Assembly (NCBI GenBank): GCA_026129465.1 | Contig: JAHCIA010000001.1 | Span: forward strand, 2,885,503-2,949,502 | DNA: 64,000 nucleotides | Origin: Flavobacteriales bacterium | GTDB taxonomy: Bacteria; Bacteroidota; Bacteroidia; Flavobacteriales_F; PHOS-HE28 | Reading direction: 5' to 3' | Notes under the pieces: model-generated | Database searches by the model: none | Seen by the model: the letters and a program-made list of their open reading frames with translations, nothing else | Told to the model about the DNA's origin: nothing | Translations under genes and position numbers: made by a program | Shown here: in pieces, positions 15,994 through 25,743 of the stretch | Numbering within the stretch: the stretch's first letter is position 1 | How the letters are laid out: each line of letters begins with the position of its first letter

Positions 15994-17067
15994 CTACTTC
16001 AGCACCCGTTCTCCGTCCTTCAGCGCCGGCTCGTTCTTGTTGGCGAGTTGACCGCAGGCCGCGTCGATGTCGCGACCCCGGCTGCGGCGGATGCGCGCGA
16101 TGATGCCCTTGCGGTCCAGGTACTGCTGGAAGGCCTCCGCATCCCGGCTGTCCGTTCGGCCGAACTCGCCGCCATCGATGGGGTTGTACTCGATCAGGTT
16201 CACCTTGGCGTGTACGTCGCTGGCGTAGCGGACCAGTTCCTGCGCGTCCTGCAGCGAGTCGTTGAAGCCGCGCAACAGGATGTACTCGAAGGTGACGGGC
16301 AGCCTGGTGGTGCGCGTGTAGTAGCGCAGGGCGTCCTTCAGTTCCGCGAGCGAGTTCTGCTCGTTGATCGGCATGATGCGGTCACGTTTGGCATCGTTGG
16401 CGGCGTGCAGGCTGAGGGCGAGGTTGAAACGTGCGCCGTCATCGGCCAGCTTGCGGATCATCTTGGCGATGCCGGCCGTGCTCACCGTGATCCGTTTGGC
16501 GCCCATGCCCAGCCCGTCAGGCGCCGTGATGCGTTCGGCGCTGCGCAGCGTCTCGGCATAGTTGAGCAGCGGCTCGCCCATGCCCATGTACACGATGTTC
16601 GTGAGACCCTGCTGGTAGTACTTCCGCGCCAGCCGGTCGATCAGCACCACCTGGTCCACGATCTCGCCGGCGCTGAGATTGCGGATGCGCTTGAGCTTGC
16701 CCGTGGCGCAGAAGCTGCACGTGAGACTGCACCCGATCTGGCTGCTGATGCAGGCCGTCAGCCTTGTGGGGGTGGGGATGAGCACGCCTTCCACGATGTG
16801 TCCGTCCCACGTTCGGAAGGCGCACTTCACCGTGCCGTCCTGGCTGCGCTGCTCCTCGGCGAGCACCAGCGGTCGCAGCACCGTGCGCTCCGCGAGTTGT
16901 GCGCGGAAGGCCTTGGGCAGATCGCTCATGTCATCGAAGGCGTGGGCCTGCTTTTTCCAGAGCCACTCCCATAGTTGCTTGGCGCGGTAGGGCTTTTCAC
17001 CGATCTCCGCGACGAGCGTTTTGGTCTCGTCGAACGTGAGCGCGCGGATGTCGGTGCTACGATCCAT
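15994..17067 (-). CDS. rlmN: 23S rRNA (adenine2503-C2)-methyltransferase, radical SAM
   Basis: CSLTCSFCATG radical-SAM cluster motif and GMGEPLLN. 357 aa. Confidence 0.95.
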   Translation of the reverse strand: MDRSTDIRALTFDETKTLVAEIGEKPYRAKQLWEWLWKKQAHAFDDMSDLPKAFRAQLAERTVLRPLVLAEEQRSQDGTVKCAFRTWDGHIVEGVLIPTPTRLTACISSQIGCSLTCSFCATGKLKRIRNLSAGEIVDQVVLIDRLARKYYQQGLTNIVYMGMGEPLLNYAETLRSAERITAPDGLGMGAKRITVSTAGIAKMIRKLADDGARFNLALSLHAANDAKRDRIMPINEQNSLAELKDALRYYTRTTRLPVTFEYILLRGFNDSLQDAQELVRYASDVHAKVNLIEYNPIDGGEFGRTDSRDAEAFQQYLDRKGIIARIRRSRGRDIDAACGQLANKNEPALKDGERVLK

Positions 17068-17749
17068 GACCTGAAGCTACATTTGCTTGGCCCAACGCGA
17101 GTTCCGCAAGGCGCATGTCCATCGCCGTGGTCACCTTCAGGTTGTTCTCCTCGCCCTCCACCAGCGCCACCTGCATGCCGATCCGCTCCACCAGCGTGGC
17201 CTCATCGGTGAAGGTGGGATCGTAGGGGAGCTCGAAGGCTTTGCGCAACAGACCCGTGTGGAAGCACTGTGGTGTTTGCACGGCCAGCAACCTGGAGCGG
17301 TCCAATGCGCGCGAGCCATCGGCCGTGGTCTCGCGGATGCTGGGCACCACGGGTACCACGGGGATCGCGGCGGCATGCCGGTCCGCGGCGGCGAAGCAGC
17401 GTGCGATCAGATCCACACTGACCAGGGGCCGCACACCATCGTGCACCGCCACCAGGCCATCGCCCCGCACGTGCGCAAGACCCGCCTTCACGCTGTGCCA
17501 GCGTTGCTCTCCGCCGGCGACCACCTCATGCTCGACGAAGAAGCGATGGCCCATGCACAGCGCCTTCCAGATGTCGAAGTGCTCCTTGGGCAGCACCACG
17601 ATCAGCGGCATTTCCGGATCGAAGCGGTGGAGGGCTTCGATGGTCCACATCAGCAGGGGCTTGCCCTGGACCGTTTGGAATTGCTTGGGCACGGGCCCGC
17701 CCAAGCGTGTGCCACTTCCTCCGGCGACGATGATGGTGGAACGATCCAT
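17057..17749 (-). CDS. ispD: 2-C-methyl-D-erythritol 4-phosphate cytidylyltransferase
   Basis: IIVAGGSGTRLGGPVPKQF N-terminal motif. VHDGVRP. 230 aa. 11-nt overlap with rlmN. Confidence 0.9.
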   Translation of the reverse strand: MDRSTIIVAGGSGTRLGGPVPKQFQTVQGKPLLMWTIEALHRFDPEMPLIVVLPKEHFDIWKALCMGHRFFVEHEVVAGGEQRWHSVKAGLAHVRGDGLVAVHDGVRPLVSVDLIARCFAAADRHAAAIPVVPVVPSIRETTADGSRALDRSRLLAVQTPQCFHTGLLRKAFELPYDPTFTDEATLVERIGMQVALVEGEENNLKVTTAMDMRLAELALGQANVASGHGS

Positions 17750-17859
17750 GGATCCTCACCGCTAAGGCGCGGTGGCGCAAAGGAACGCAGAGGTGAAAAA
17801 AGCCGGGATCCGCTTTTCCAGCGGCCCTCCGCGCCCTGGCGTCTCTGCGGTGGGACCGA

Positions 17860-18909
17860 TCAGATGATCAACATCGCGTCCCCGTAGCTGAAGAAGCGGT
17901 ACTTGTCCTTGATGGCCACCTTGTAGGCGTTCCACACATGCTCGTAGCCACCGAAGGCCGCCACCTGCATCAGCAGGGTGCTTTCGGGCATGTGGAAGTT
18001 GGTGACCATGCTGTCGGCGATGCTGAAGTCATAGGGCGGGAAGATGAACTTGTTCGTCCACCCGTTCATGGGCTTCATGTGGTTCTCGGTGCTCACGCTG
18101 CTTTCGATGGCGCGCATGGTGGTGGTGCCCACGCAGCACACCCGCTTGCGGGCATCCTTGGCCCGGTTCACCACGTCACAGGCCTCGCGGGTGATGATCA
18201 CCTGTTCGCTGTCCATCTTGTGCTTGGTGAGGTCCTCCACCTCCACGGGGCGGAAGCTGCCCAGGCCCACGTGCAGGGTCACTTCGGCGAAGTGGATGCC
18301 CTTGAGTTCCATGCGCTTCATCAGTTCGCGGCTGAAGTGCAGGCCGGCGGTGGGGGCCGCCACGGCGCCTTCCTCCTTGGCGTAGATGGTCTGGTAGCGC
18401 TCGGCGTCGCTCGGCTCGGTCTCGCGGCGGATGTAGCGCGGCAGCGGCGTTTCGCCCATCTCGGTGATGGCGTTCTTGAACTCGTCGTAGGTGCCGTCGA
18501 ACAGGAAGCGCAGCGTGCGGCCCCGGCTGGTGGTGTTGTCGATCACTTCCGCCACCAGCTCATCGTCCTTGCCGAAATAGAGCTTGTTGCCGATGCGGAT
18601 CTTGCGCGCCGGGTCCACGATCACATCCCACAGCAGACTGTCGCGGTTCAGTTCGCGCAGCATGAACACCTCGATCTTGGCGCCCGTCTTCTCCTTGTTG
18701 CCCCACATGCGGGCGGGGAAGACCTTGGTGTTGTTCAGCAGGAAGGTGTCGCCCTCGTCGAAGTAGTCCAGGATGTTCTTGAACTTCTTGTGTTCGATCT
18801 TGCCATCCTTGCGGTGCAGCACCATCAGCTTGCTGCCATCGCGGTCCTTGGTGGGGTAGAGGGCTATCTGCTCCTTGGGGAGGTCGAACTTGAAGGCGGT
18901 AAGTTTCAT
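17860..18909 (-). CDS. queA: S-adenosylmethionine:tRNA ribosyltransferase-isomerase
   Basis: [19 protein letters not shown] canonical N-terminus, so ATG 18909 is preferred over the ORF start at 19014. ...GDAMLI C-terminus. Confidence 0.95.
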   Translation of the reverse strand: MKLTAFKFDLPKEQIALYPTKDRDGSKLMVLHRKDGKIEHKKFKNILDYFDEGDTFLLNNTKVFPARMWGNKEKTGAKIEVFMLRELNRDSLLWDVIVDPARKIRIGNKLYFGKDDELVAEVIDNTTSRGRTLRFLFDGTYDEFKNAITEMGETPLPRYIRRETEPSDAERYQTIYAKEEGAVAAPTAGLHFSRELMKRMELKGIHFAEVTLHVGLGSFRPVEVEDLTKHKMDSEQVIITREACDVVNRAKDARKRVCCVGTTTMRAIESSVSTENHMKPMNGWTNKFIFPPYDFSIADSMVTNFHMPESTLLMQVAAFGGYEHVWNAYKVAIKDKYRFFSYGDAMLII

Positions 18910-19083
18910 GGAAGATGTGGGGCTTACGGGCCCTGCCGGTTTTTGCGAGGGGGGCGAAGATAATGCCGTGGTGAAGCGAACGTCAACGCGATGTGCGGCT
19001 TGCGTCGCGGGCATGTTCCATCGGCACGGAATGCCGGTTCTGACGGGCGTTTCAGCGCTTACGTCGATCGCCCGATCCTGCGC

Positions 19084-19836
19084 TCAACGAACCGGTCCAC
19101 GCTCCTTGGGCGGATGGTGTGGGGCGATCCGTTCCGACCAGGCCGCAGGTGCCAGGGCATCCTCTACCCGGTAGGGGCCTATGCGGGTGCGCCGCAAAGC
19201 GCTCAAGTAGGCCCCGCTGCCCAGCGCCTGGCCGATGTCGTGCGCCAGTGAACGTATGTAGGTGCCCTTGCTCACCTCCACTTCGAAGTCCACCTCGGCG
19301 CCGCGGATGGATGTGATCTCCAGCCGGGGGATCTGGACGATCACTTCGGCCATTTCCACCAAGTGGGCGCGCTCTTCGTCGCGGGCCAGGAAGTAGGCGC
19401 GCTCGCCTTGGAATCGCTTGGCACTGTGGGCCGGTGGGCGTTGCCGCACTTCGCCTTGGAAGCGCGCGAAAGCGGCATGGATCGCGGCATGGTCCAGGTG
19501 TTCCCATGGCCCGTGCGGCACCGGCTCGGTCTCGCGGTCGTAGCTGGGGGTCACCTGCCCCAGCGTGATCGTGCCCGCGTAGGTCTTCGGCAGCCCGATC
19601 ATTCCGGTCAACATCTTGGTCATGGGCCCGTACGCCAGTATCAGCAGGCCGCTGGCCAGGGGATCCAGGGTGCCGGCGTGGCCCACTTTGATCTTGCGCC
19701 CGGCGGCGATGCGCATGGCTCCGCGCAATTTGCCCACCACATCGAAGCTGGTCCAGGTGAGCGGTTTGTCCACCAGAAGGAGGCCGCCGGCCTCGGGGTC
19801 GAATGCGAACGCTTGGGGATCCCGGCCCTGTTCCAT
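19084..19836 (-). CDS. truB: tRNA pseudouridine(55) synthase
   Basis: LLLVDKPLTWTSFDVV and GHAGTLDPLASG catalytic-Asp motif. The ATG overlaps the uppP stop by 1 nt. Confidence 0.9.
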   Translation of the reverse strand: MEQGRDPQAFAFDPEAGGLLLVDKPLTWTSFDVVGKLRGAMRIAAGRKIKVGHAGTLDPLASGLLILAYGPMTKMLTGMIGLPKTYAGTITLGQVTPSYDRETEPVPHGPWEHLDHAAIHAAFARFQGEVRQRPPAHSAKRFQGERAYFLARDEERAHLVEMAEVIVQIPRLEITSIRGAEVDFEVEVSKGTYIRSLAHDIGQALGSGAYLSALRRTRIGPYRVEDALAPAAWSERIAPHHPPKERGPVR

Positions 19837-20630
19837 CACACCATGCGCATGGGCACGTCCAGCAGGTACATCAGCACAATGGCGCCACCCACCACGATGC
19901 GGTACCAGCCGAAAGCCCGGAAACCGTGGTCGCTGAGGAAGGCGATGAAGCCCTTGATGGCGAGGACGGCCACGATGAAGGCCACCACATTGCCCACGGC
20001 GAAAAGGCCGAGGTGCCCGTTGTCCAGCGCGCCACCATCCTGCACATAATCAAACAGGCTCTTCACCGTGGCGCCCAGCATGGTGGGCACGGCCAGGAAG
20101 AAGCTGAACTCGGCGGCGTCCTTGCGGGTGAGGCCCTGGGTGAGACCGCCGATGATGGTGGCCGCCGAACGCGACACGCCGGGCACCATGGCCAGGCATT
20201 GGAACACGCCGATGAGGAAGGCGCGCCGGTAGGTGATGGGCCGAGACGCACCATGCTGTCCACCAGGCACCCACCGGTCTATGAATAGGAAGACCACACC
20301 GCCCACCAGCAGCGCCACGCCCACCACCAGCACATTTTCCAGCAACAGGTCGATCTGCTTCTTGAGAAGGAAGCCCGCGAACACGGCCGGAATGATGGCC
20401 ACGGCGAGCTTCATGTACAGGTCCGGACCCTGGAAGAATCGCTGCCAATAGAGCACGATCACCGACAGGATGGCGCCAAGTTGGATGGCCACGGTGAAGA
20501 GCTTGACGAAATCGTCCTGCTCGATGCCCATGATGGTGGAGCCGATGATCATATGTCCCGTGCTGCTCACGGGCAGGAATTCGGTAAGGCCCTCGATGAT
20601 CGCGAGGATGATCGCCTCCAGGAAGGTCAT
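19836..20630 (-). CDS. uppP: undecaprenyl-diphosphate phosphatase
   Basis: [16 protein letters not shown] and [10 protein letters not shown] motifs. 8 TM segments. Confidence 0.95.
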   Translation of the reverse strand: MTFLEAIILAIIEGLTEFLPVSSTGHMIIGSTIMGIEQDDFVKLFTVAIQLGAILSVIVLYWQRFFQGPDLYMKLAVAIIPAVFAGFLLKKQIDLLLENVLVVGVALLVGGVVFLFIDRWVPGGQHGASRPITYRRAFLIGVFQCLAMVPGVSRSAATIIGGLTQGLTRKDAAEFSFFLAVPTMLGATVKSLFDYVQDGGALDNGHLGLFAVGNVVAFIVAVLAIKGFIAFLSDHGFRAFGWYRIVVGGAIVLMYLLDVPMRMV

Positions 20631-20884
20631 TGGGCGGCCTCGTCGTCGCGGGTGCGCTTCAGGATGGCGTAAACGATGAAGAGGTAGCCGGCCAGCGTGA
20701 CGATCGGCGCCACGGTGATCCTCCGAGGATGGAAGATGGTGCTCTCATCGAAGACCTCCGGGTCGCCGCTGCCGCCGCCGCTCATGAGGATGAACCCGAC
20801 CGCCACCACCGCCAGGCCGATGAGCAGCAGCCTGTAGTTCGTGGCCGTGAAAGGCATGTCGTTCCAATTCGTGTTGCGGGCCAT
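20627..20884 (-). CDS. small membrane protein (DUF3098-like)
   Basis: 85 aa with two TM segments. Conserved position between ftsX and uppP in Bacteroidota. ATGA overlap with uppP. Confidence 0.65.
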   Translation of the reverse strand: MARNTNWNDMPFTATNYRLLLIGLAVVAVGFILMSGGGSGDPEVFDESTIFHPRRITVAPIVTLAGYLFIVYAILKRTRDDEAAQ

Positions 20885-20895
20885 GGGCGCGGGCT

Positions 20896-21771
20896 TCAGC
20901 TCCAGTGTATGTCGTTGTGGTCCATGCGAAGGTAGCGGCCCACGGCGAACCAGGTGCTCGCCAGGGCGATGAGCAGGCCGGTGGCCAGCACCGTGGCGAA
21001 GAGCAGCGCCAGGGTCGGCATGTCGGTGAAGGCCAGCACGTCGGGCACGTAACGCTTCAGCAATTGCAGCAGCCCGGCCAGCAGGCCCAGCGCCAGCAAG
21101 GCGCCGAAGACGCCCTGCCAGAAACTCTGCCCCAGGAAGGGCCGCTTGATGAACCATTGCGTGGCGCCCACCAGGTGCATGGTGCGGATCAGGAAGCGCT
21201 TGCTGTAGATGGCCAGCCGGATGGTGTTGTTGATCAACGCCACGGCGATCACCAGCAGCAGGGCCGTGAAGCCCAGCACCACCAGGCCCAGCCGCCGCAT
21301 GTTCGCGTCGATGTTCTCCACCACGGCCGCGTTGTAGGCCACCTCCTGCACGCGCGTGTCGTTCTTCAGTTGCTCCACGATCCAGCGCAGGCTGTCCGGC
21401 GCCGCATGGCTCGCCTTCAGGCGCAGTTCCACCGAGGGCAGCAGCGGGTTGCTGCCGAGCACGCCCAGGAAATCCTCGCCCAGGTCCTCCTTCAGGCGTT
21501 CCGCGGCCTCGTCAGCGGTCACGTAGCGCGTCTCCCGTGTGAAGAGTTCGGTGTCCAGTTCCTTGCGGAAGCGCATCACGTCGGCCTCCTTCAGGTCGCG
21601 TTTCAGGAAAAGTTCCACGCGCACGTTCTCCTTGAAGTAGTGCTCCAGGGCCTGCGCGTTCAGCACCAGGAAACCCAGTACGCCCAGCATGGTGAGGACC
21701 AGTCCGATGCCGATGACGCTGCTTACGCCGGCGGTGCGGACGCGTGCACGGTAATGCCTGTCGATGCCCAT
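20896..21771 (-). CDS. ftsX: cell-division protein FtsX-like permease
   Basis: N-terminal TM, periplasmic loop and three C-terminal TM segments. 291 aa. Conserved neighbourhood. Confidence 0.85.
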   Translation of the reverse strand: MGIDRHYRARVRTAGVSSVIGIGLVLTMLGVLGFLVLNAQALEHYFKENVRVELFLKRDLKEADVMRFRKELDTELFTRETRYVTADEAAERLKEDLGEDFLGVLGSNPLLPSVELRLKASHAAPDSLRWIVEQLKNDTRVQEVAYNAAVVENIDANMRRLGLVVLGFTALLLVIAVALINNTIRLAIYSKRFLIRTMHLVGATQWFIKRPFLGQSFWQGVFGALLALGLLAGLLQLLKRYVPDVLAFTDMPTLALLFATVLATGLLIALASTWFAVGRYLRMDHNDIHWS

Positions 21772-21781
21772 GGAACGGCGC

Positions 21782-21789
21782 CAAAGGTA
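21782..21789 (-). promoter_or_regulatory. candidate -7 box TACCTTTG for ftsX
   Basis: Exact TAnnTTTG match on the minus strand, 10 nt upstream of the ftsX ATG. Confidence 0.35.
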
Positions 21790-21808
21790 GGCGGCCCGGC
21801 GCGCCCTC

Positions 21809-21816
21809 TACATTTG
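21809..21816 (+). promoter_or_regulatory. candidate -7 box TACATTTG for leuS
   Basis: Exact TAnnTTTG match, 20 nt upstream of the leuS ATG. Confidence 0.35.
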
Positions 21817-21836
21817 CGCGCGGCAGCCGGAACAAC

Positions 21837-24758
21837 ATGGCCTACGAGCACAAGAGGATAGAGGAAAAGTGGCAGGACGAATGGCGGAAGCGCGGCACCT
21901 ACCGGGTGAGCGAGGATCCGCTGTCGGGCGGACCCAAGTATTACGTGCTGGACATGTTCCCCTACCCCAGCGGCGCCGGCCTGCATGTGGGGCACCCGCT
22001 TGGCTACATCGCCAGCGACATCGTGGCGCGCTACAAGCGGCACACCGGCCACAATGTGCTGCACCCCATGGGCTACGACAGCTTCGGCCTGCCCGCCGAA
22101 CAGTATGCCATCCAGACCGGCCAGCATCCTGCGAAGACCACGGCGGAGAACATCGCCCGCTACCGCGACCAACTGGACCGCATCGGCTTCAGTTTCGACT
22201 GGAGCCGCGAGGTGCGCACCAGCGACCCGGCCTATTACAAGTGGACGCAGTGGATCTTCCTGCAACTCTTCGACAGCTGGTACGACCACGGACAGCAGAA
22301 GGCGCGGCCCCTCGTCGAGCTGGTGGAGCGATTCGCACGGCAGGGGTGGGACGCTTCCGATACCTGCGTGCTTACCGGAGACATAGAAGAGGACCTTGAA
22401 GCATTCAGTGCCGCGGATTGGAACGCCTTCGAGGAGCGCACCCAACAGCGCATCCTGCAGCACTTCCGGCTGGCCTACCTGAGTGAGGCCTGGGTGAACT
22501 GGTGCCCCGCGCTGGGCACCGTGCTGGCCAACGATGAGGTGAAGGACGGCGTGAGCGAGCGCGGCGGCCATCCCGTGGAGCGCAAGCGCATGCCGCAGTG
22601 GAGCATGCGCATCACCGCCTACGCGCAGCGCCTGCTCGATGGATTGGACGGGTTGGACTGGAGCGATAGCATCAAGGAGGCGCAGCGCAACTGGATCGGC
22701 AGGAGCGAGGGTGCGCTCGTTCGCTTCAAGCTGAAGGATGCCATCGGTGATATCGAAGTATTCACCACCAGGCCCGACACCCTCTTCGGTGTCACCTTCG
22801 TCACCCTCGCCCCCGAGCACGAGTTGGTGGAGGTGATCACCCCCGCCGATCGCCGCGACGAGGTGATGGCCTACGTGAACACCGCGAAGAACCGCAGCGA
22901 GCGCGATCGCATGGCCGATGTGAAGAAGGTGAGCGGCGTGTTCACCGGGGCCTACGTTTCGCACCCGTTCACCGGCCAGGACATCCCCATTTGGGTGGGC
23001 GACTATGTGCTGGCCGGCTATGGCACCGGCGCGGTGATGGCCGTGCCCGGCGGCGACCAGCGCGACTGGAATTTCGCCACGCACTTCGGGCTGTCCATCG
23101 TGGCGGTGACCGAGGGTGCCGACATCACCCAGGGCGCCGACGAGAGCAAGGAAGGCACCATCTGCTCCGAGGGCTTTTTGAAGGGCACGCCCGTGAAGGA
23201 GGCCATCCCGCGCGCCATTGCGGAACTGGTGAAGCTGGGTGCCGGCGAGCGCCGCATCAATTTCCGTTTGCGCGATGCCGCCTTCGGCCGCCAGCGCTAT
23301 TGGGGCGAGCCCATCCCCATCTACTACAAGGACGGTGTGCCCTGTGCGATGCCGGAAAGCGCACTGCCGCTGGAATTGCCCGAGGTGGACAAGTTCCTGC
23401 CCACAGCCGAAGGCGAACCACCGCTCGCGCGAGCCGCGAACTGGACCTACGAAGGCCATCCGCTGGAGACCACCACCATGCCCGGCTGGGCCGGCAGCAG
23501 CTGGTACTTCCTGCGCTACATGGACCCGAAGAACGAGGGCCGCTTCGCATCACCGGAGGCAATCGACTATTGGCAGCAAGTGGACCTGTACATGGGCGGC
23601 AGTGAGCACGCCACCGGCCACCTGCTCTACTTCCGCTTCTGGACCAAATTCCTGTACGACCGCGGCTGGATCCCCTTCGATGAGCCCGCCAAGAAGCTGG
23701 TGAACCAGGGGATGATCCAAGGGGTGTCGGCGAAGGCAACAGTGATCCTTGCGATTGATTGGAACCCGCGTGTGAACGCTGGTGAGGAAATACTCACTAG
23801 GAACGATCGGGGATTGCGCCCGATGATTTCGGAATCAATTGCTCGGGAACTCGACCAAACGGGTCATGCTGATGAACTGAGCACCCAATGGGGTAGCTAT
23901 ACAGGACAAACCCGAAGCTTCGCTTGGAACAAGGGCTCAGTCTATGTTCCCATTGACTACGTGGGAGAAAAGGACACTGTGGATGTCCAGAAGCTCACCC
24001 AAGACCCTTCGTTTTCAGAGTTTGAAGTGGTTACTGGGCCGGAGAGCGTCTTCATAGTTCGAAGAGAAGTCGAGAAAATGTCCAAGTCGAAGTTCAACGT
24101 GGTGAACCCCGACGACATCATTTCGAAGTACGGCGCCGACACCCTGCGGCTGTACGAGATGTTCCTGGGCCCCTTGGAGCAGAGCAAACCCTGGGACACC
24201 AACGGCATCGAGGGCACCTTCCGGTTCCTGAAGAAATTCTGGAACCTGTTCCACGGCGCCGATGATGCATTCACCGTTTCGGACGACGCCCCCACCAAAC
24301 CCGAACTCAAGACCCTCCACGCCACCTTGAAGAAGGTGACCGAGGACATCGAGCGGATGAGCTTCAACACCAGCGTGGCGCAGTTCATGATCGCCGCCAA
24401 TGAGCTGGTCGCGCTGAAGTGCAACAAGCGCGCGGTGCTGGAGCCGCTGGTGGTCGCCCTGGCGCCCTTCGCGCCGCACATCGCCGAGGAATTGTGGGAG
24501 CGGCTGGGACATACCACCAGCGTCACCGTGGCCGTTTGGCCCCAGTGGGACGCCCAATACCTGGTGGAGGACAACTTCAGCTACCCGATCAGCTTCAATG
24601 GCAAGACACGGCTGCAGCTGGAGTTCCCCGTCGCCCTGAGCCAGCAGGAGGTGGAGACCGCCGTGCTGGCCAACCCCGAGGTGCAGGCCCGCCTGGAGGG
24701 CAAGGCACCGAAGAAGGTGATCGTGGTGCCGAAGCGGATCGTGAACATTGTGGTATAG
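21837..24758 (+). CDS. leuS: leucine--tRNA ligase
   Basis: MAYEHKRIEEKWQ canonical N-terminus, PYPSGAGLHVGH (HIGH), KMSKSKFN (KMSKS). 973 aa, with a lineage-type insertion before KMSKS. Confidence 0.95.
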   Translation: MAYEHKRIEEKWQDEWRKRGTYRVSEDPLSGGPKYYVLDMFPYPSGAGLHVGHPLGYIASDIVARYKRHTGHNVLHPMGYDSFGLPAEQYAIQTGQHPAKTTAENIARYRDQLDRIGFSFDWSREVRTSDPAYYKWTQWIFLQLFDSWYDHGQQKARPLVELVERFARQGWDASDTCVLTGDIEEDLEAFSAADWNAFEERTQQRILQHFRLAYLSEAWVNWCPALGTVLANDEVKDGVSERGGHPVERKRMPQWSMRITAYAQRLLDGLDGLDWSDSIKEAQRNWIGRSEGALVRFKLKDAIGDIEVFTTRPDTLFGVTFVTLAPEHELVEVITPADRRDEVMAYVNTAKNRSERDRMADVKKVSGVFTGAYVSHPFTGQDIPIWVGDYVLAGYGTGAVMAVPGGDQRDWNFATHFGLSIVAVTEGADITQGADESKEGTICSEGFLKGTPVKEAIPRAIAELVKLGAGERRINFRLRDAAFGRQRYWGEPIPIYYKDGVPCAMPESALPLELPEVDKFLPTAEGEPPLARAANWTYEGHPLETTTMPGWAGSSWYFLRYMDPKNEGRFASPEAIDYWQQVDLYMGGSEHATGHLLYFRFWTKFLYDRGWIPFDEPAKKLVNQGMIQGVSAKATVILAIDWNPRVNAGEEILTRNDRGLRPMISESIARELDQTGHADELSTQWGSYTGQTRSFAWNKGSVYVPIDYVGEKDTVDVQKLTQDPSFSEFEVVTGPESVFIVRREVEKMSKSKFNVVNPDDIISKYGADTLRLYEMFLGPLEQSKPWDTNGIEGTFRFLKKFWNLFHGADDAFTVSDDAPTKPELKTLHATLKKVTEDIERMSFNTSVAQFMIAANELVALKCNKRAVLEPLVVALAPFAPHIAEELWERLGHTTSVTVAVWPQWDAQYLVEDNFSYPISFNGKTRLQLEFPVALSQQEVETAVLANPEVQARLEGKAPKKVIVVPKRIVNIVV

Positions 24759-24817
24759 GCATGTTGGAGGTTGATGGTCGGAGGTGGGATCGGCACAGCC
24801 CTTGCCCATGGGGGGTC

Positions 24818-25657
24818 ATGGCACGCACTTCCACCCTGATCCTGTGCGGGCTCGGCTTGTGTACGCTGGGCTTCACGCAAGTTGGTGGCCCTGCGGTCGC
24901 GGGCAACGCCCCTCCGGCCGAAAGCCCTGCCAAGGAGACACTGCCGCTGCGCAGCATACGCCACGATGCCTTCCGCCCCGGCGAGAAGCTCACCTACGTG
25001 GTCCACTACGGGTTCATCAATGCCGGTGAGGCCGTGGTGGAACTGCGCGACATGCCGCGCACGATCAACGGCCGCAAGGTGTGGCAGGCCGTGGGCACGG
25101 GCCGCAGCCTGGGCGCCTTCAACACCTTCTACAAGGTGGACGACCACTACAGCAGCGTATTCGACGCCGAGGGGGTCTTCCCTTGGGTCTTCAGCCGCAG
25201 CGTGAGCGAGGGCGGCTACGAGTTCAAGCAGGACTACGTGTACCACCAGCACAAACGGCAGGTGACCACCCAGCGCGAACGCACGCATGATGTGCCGCCC
25301 AGCGTGCAGGACATGCTCAGCGCCTTCTACTACGCCCGCACGATCGACTTCAGCCGCGCCACGCCCGGTGACATCTACGTGATCGACTGTTTCCTGGACG
25401 ATGAGTTGTGGCCATTGCGCATGAAGTACATCGGCCGGGAGACCATCAAGCTGCGCAATGGCACGTACAAGTGCCTGAAGTTCCAGCCGGTGGTGCAGGA
25501 GGGCCGCATCTTCAAGGGCAACAACGACCTGAATGTGTGGGTGACCGACGACGGCAACCGCATCCCGGTGCTGGTGCAGGCCAAGGTGCTCGTGGGCTCC
25601 ATCAAGATGCAGCTCACCGGCTACGAGGGGCTGGCACACCCCATCGCGAAGAACTGA
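24818..25657 (+). CDS. secreted DUF3108-like protein
   Basis: Signal peptide. GEKLTYVVHYGFINAGEAVVEL pattern typical of the family as I recall it. Confidence 0.65.
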   Translation: MARTSTLILCGLGLCTLGFTQVGGPAVAGNAPPAESPAKETLPLRSIRHDAFRPGEKLTYVVHYGFINAGEAVVELRDMPRTINGRKVWQAVGTGRSLGAFNTFYKVDDHYSSVFDAEGVFPWVFSRSVSEGGYEFKQDYVYHQHKRQVTTQRERTHDVPPSVQDMLSAFYYARTIDFSRATPGDIYVIDCFLDDELWPLRMKYIGRETIKLRNGTYKCLKFQPVVQEGRIFKGNNDLNVWVTDDGNRIPVLVQAKVLVGSIKMQLTGYEGLAHPIAKN

Positions 25658-25697
25658 TCGCGCACGTTTTCACGCCCCCGGCGTGGAAATGATCCCC

Positions 25698-25725
25698 ATC
25701 GCCCCGGCGTTGCGCCCGGGGCGAT
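25698..25725 (+). terminator. GC-rich hairpin (10-bp stem ATCGCCCCGG/CCGGGGCGAT, 8-nt loop) followed by GTGCTTTCTT
   Basis: Read directly. Lies 41 nt downstream of the 24818-25657 stop. Confidence 0.4.
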
Positions 25726-25743
25726 GTGCTTTCTTGCCCACCG

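Noticed and set aside
18910-19014. 35-codon N-terminal extension of queA (ORF-track start at 19014)
   Set aside because: QueA proteins start with the MKLS/TxFxFxLP motif, which is found at ATG 18909. The extension is Pro/Ser/Ala-rich read-through of the spacer.
21772-21836. T-box, riboswitch or leader structures upstream of leuS, metG (46425-46526) and the dksA-like gene
   Set aside because: The leaders implied by the -7 boxes are only ~20-30 nt, too short for such elements, and I found no conserved stem-loop architecture.
21723-23459. 578-aa minus-strand ORF
   Set aside because: Antisense to leuS, whose HIGH and KMSKS motifs are on the + strand.
23720-24090. Intein or homing-endonuclease insertion in leuS
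   Set aside because: I saw no intein splice-junction residues or endonuclease (LAGLIDADG/HNH) motifs. Bacteroidota-type LeuRS normally carries an insertion at this position. Only the compositional anomaly is retained, as a finding.
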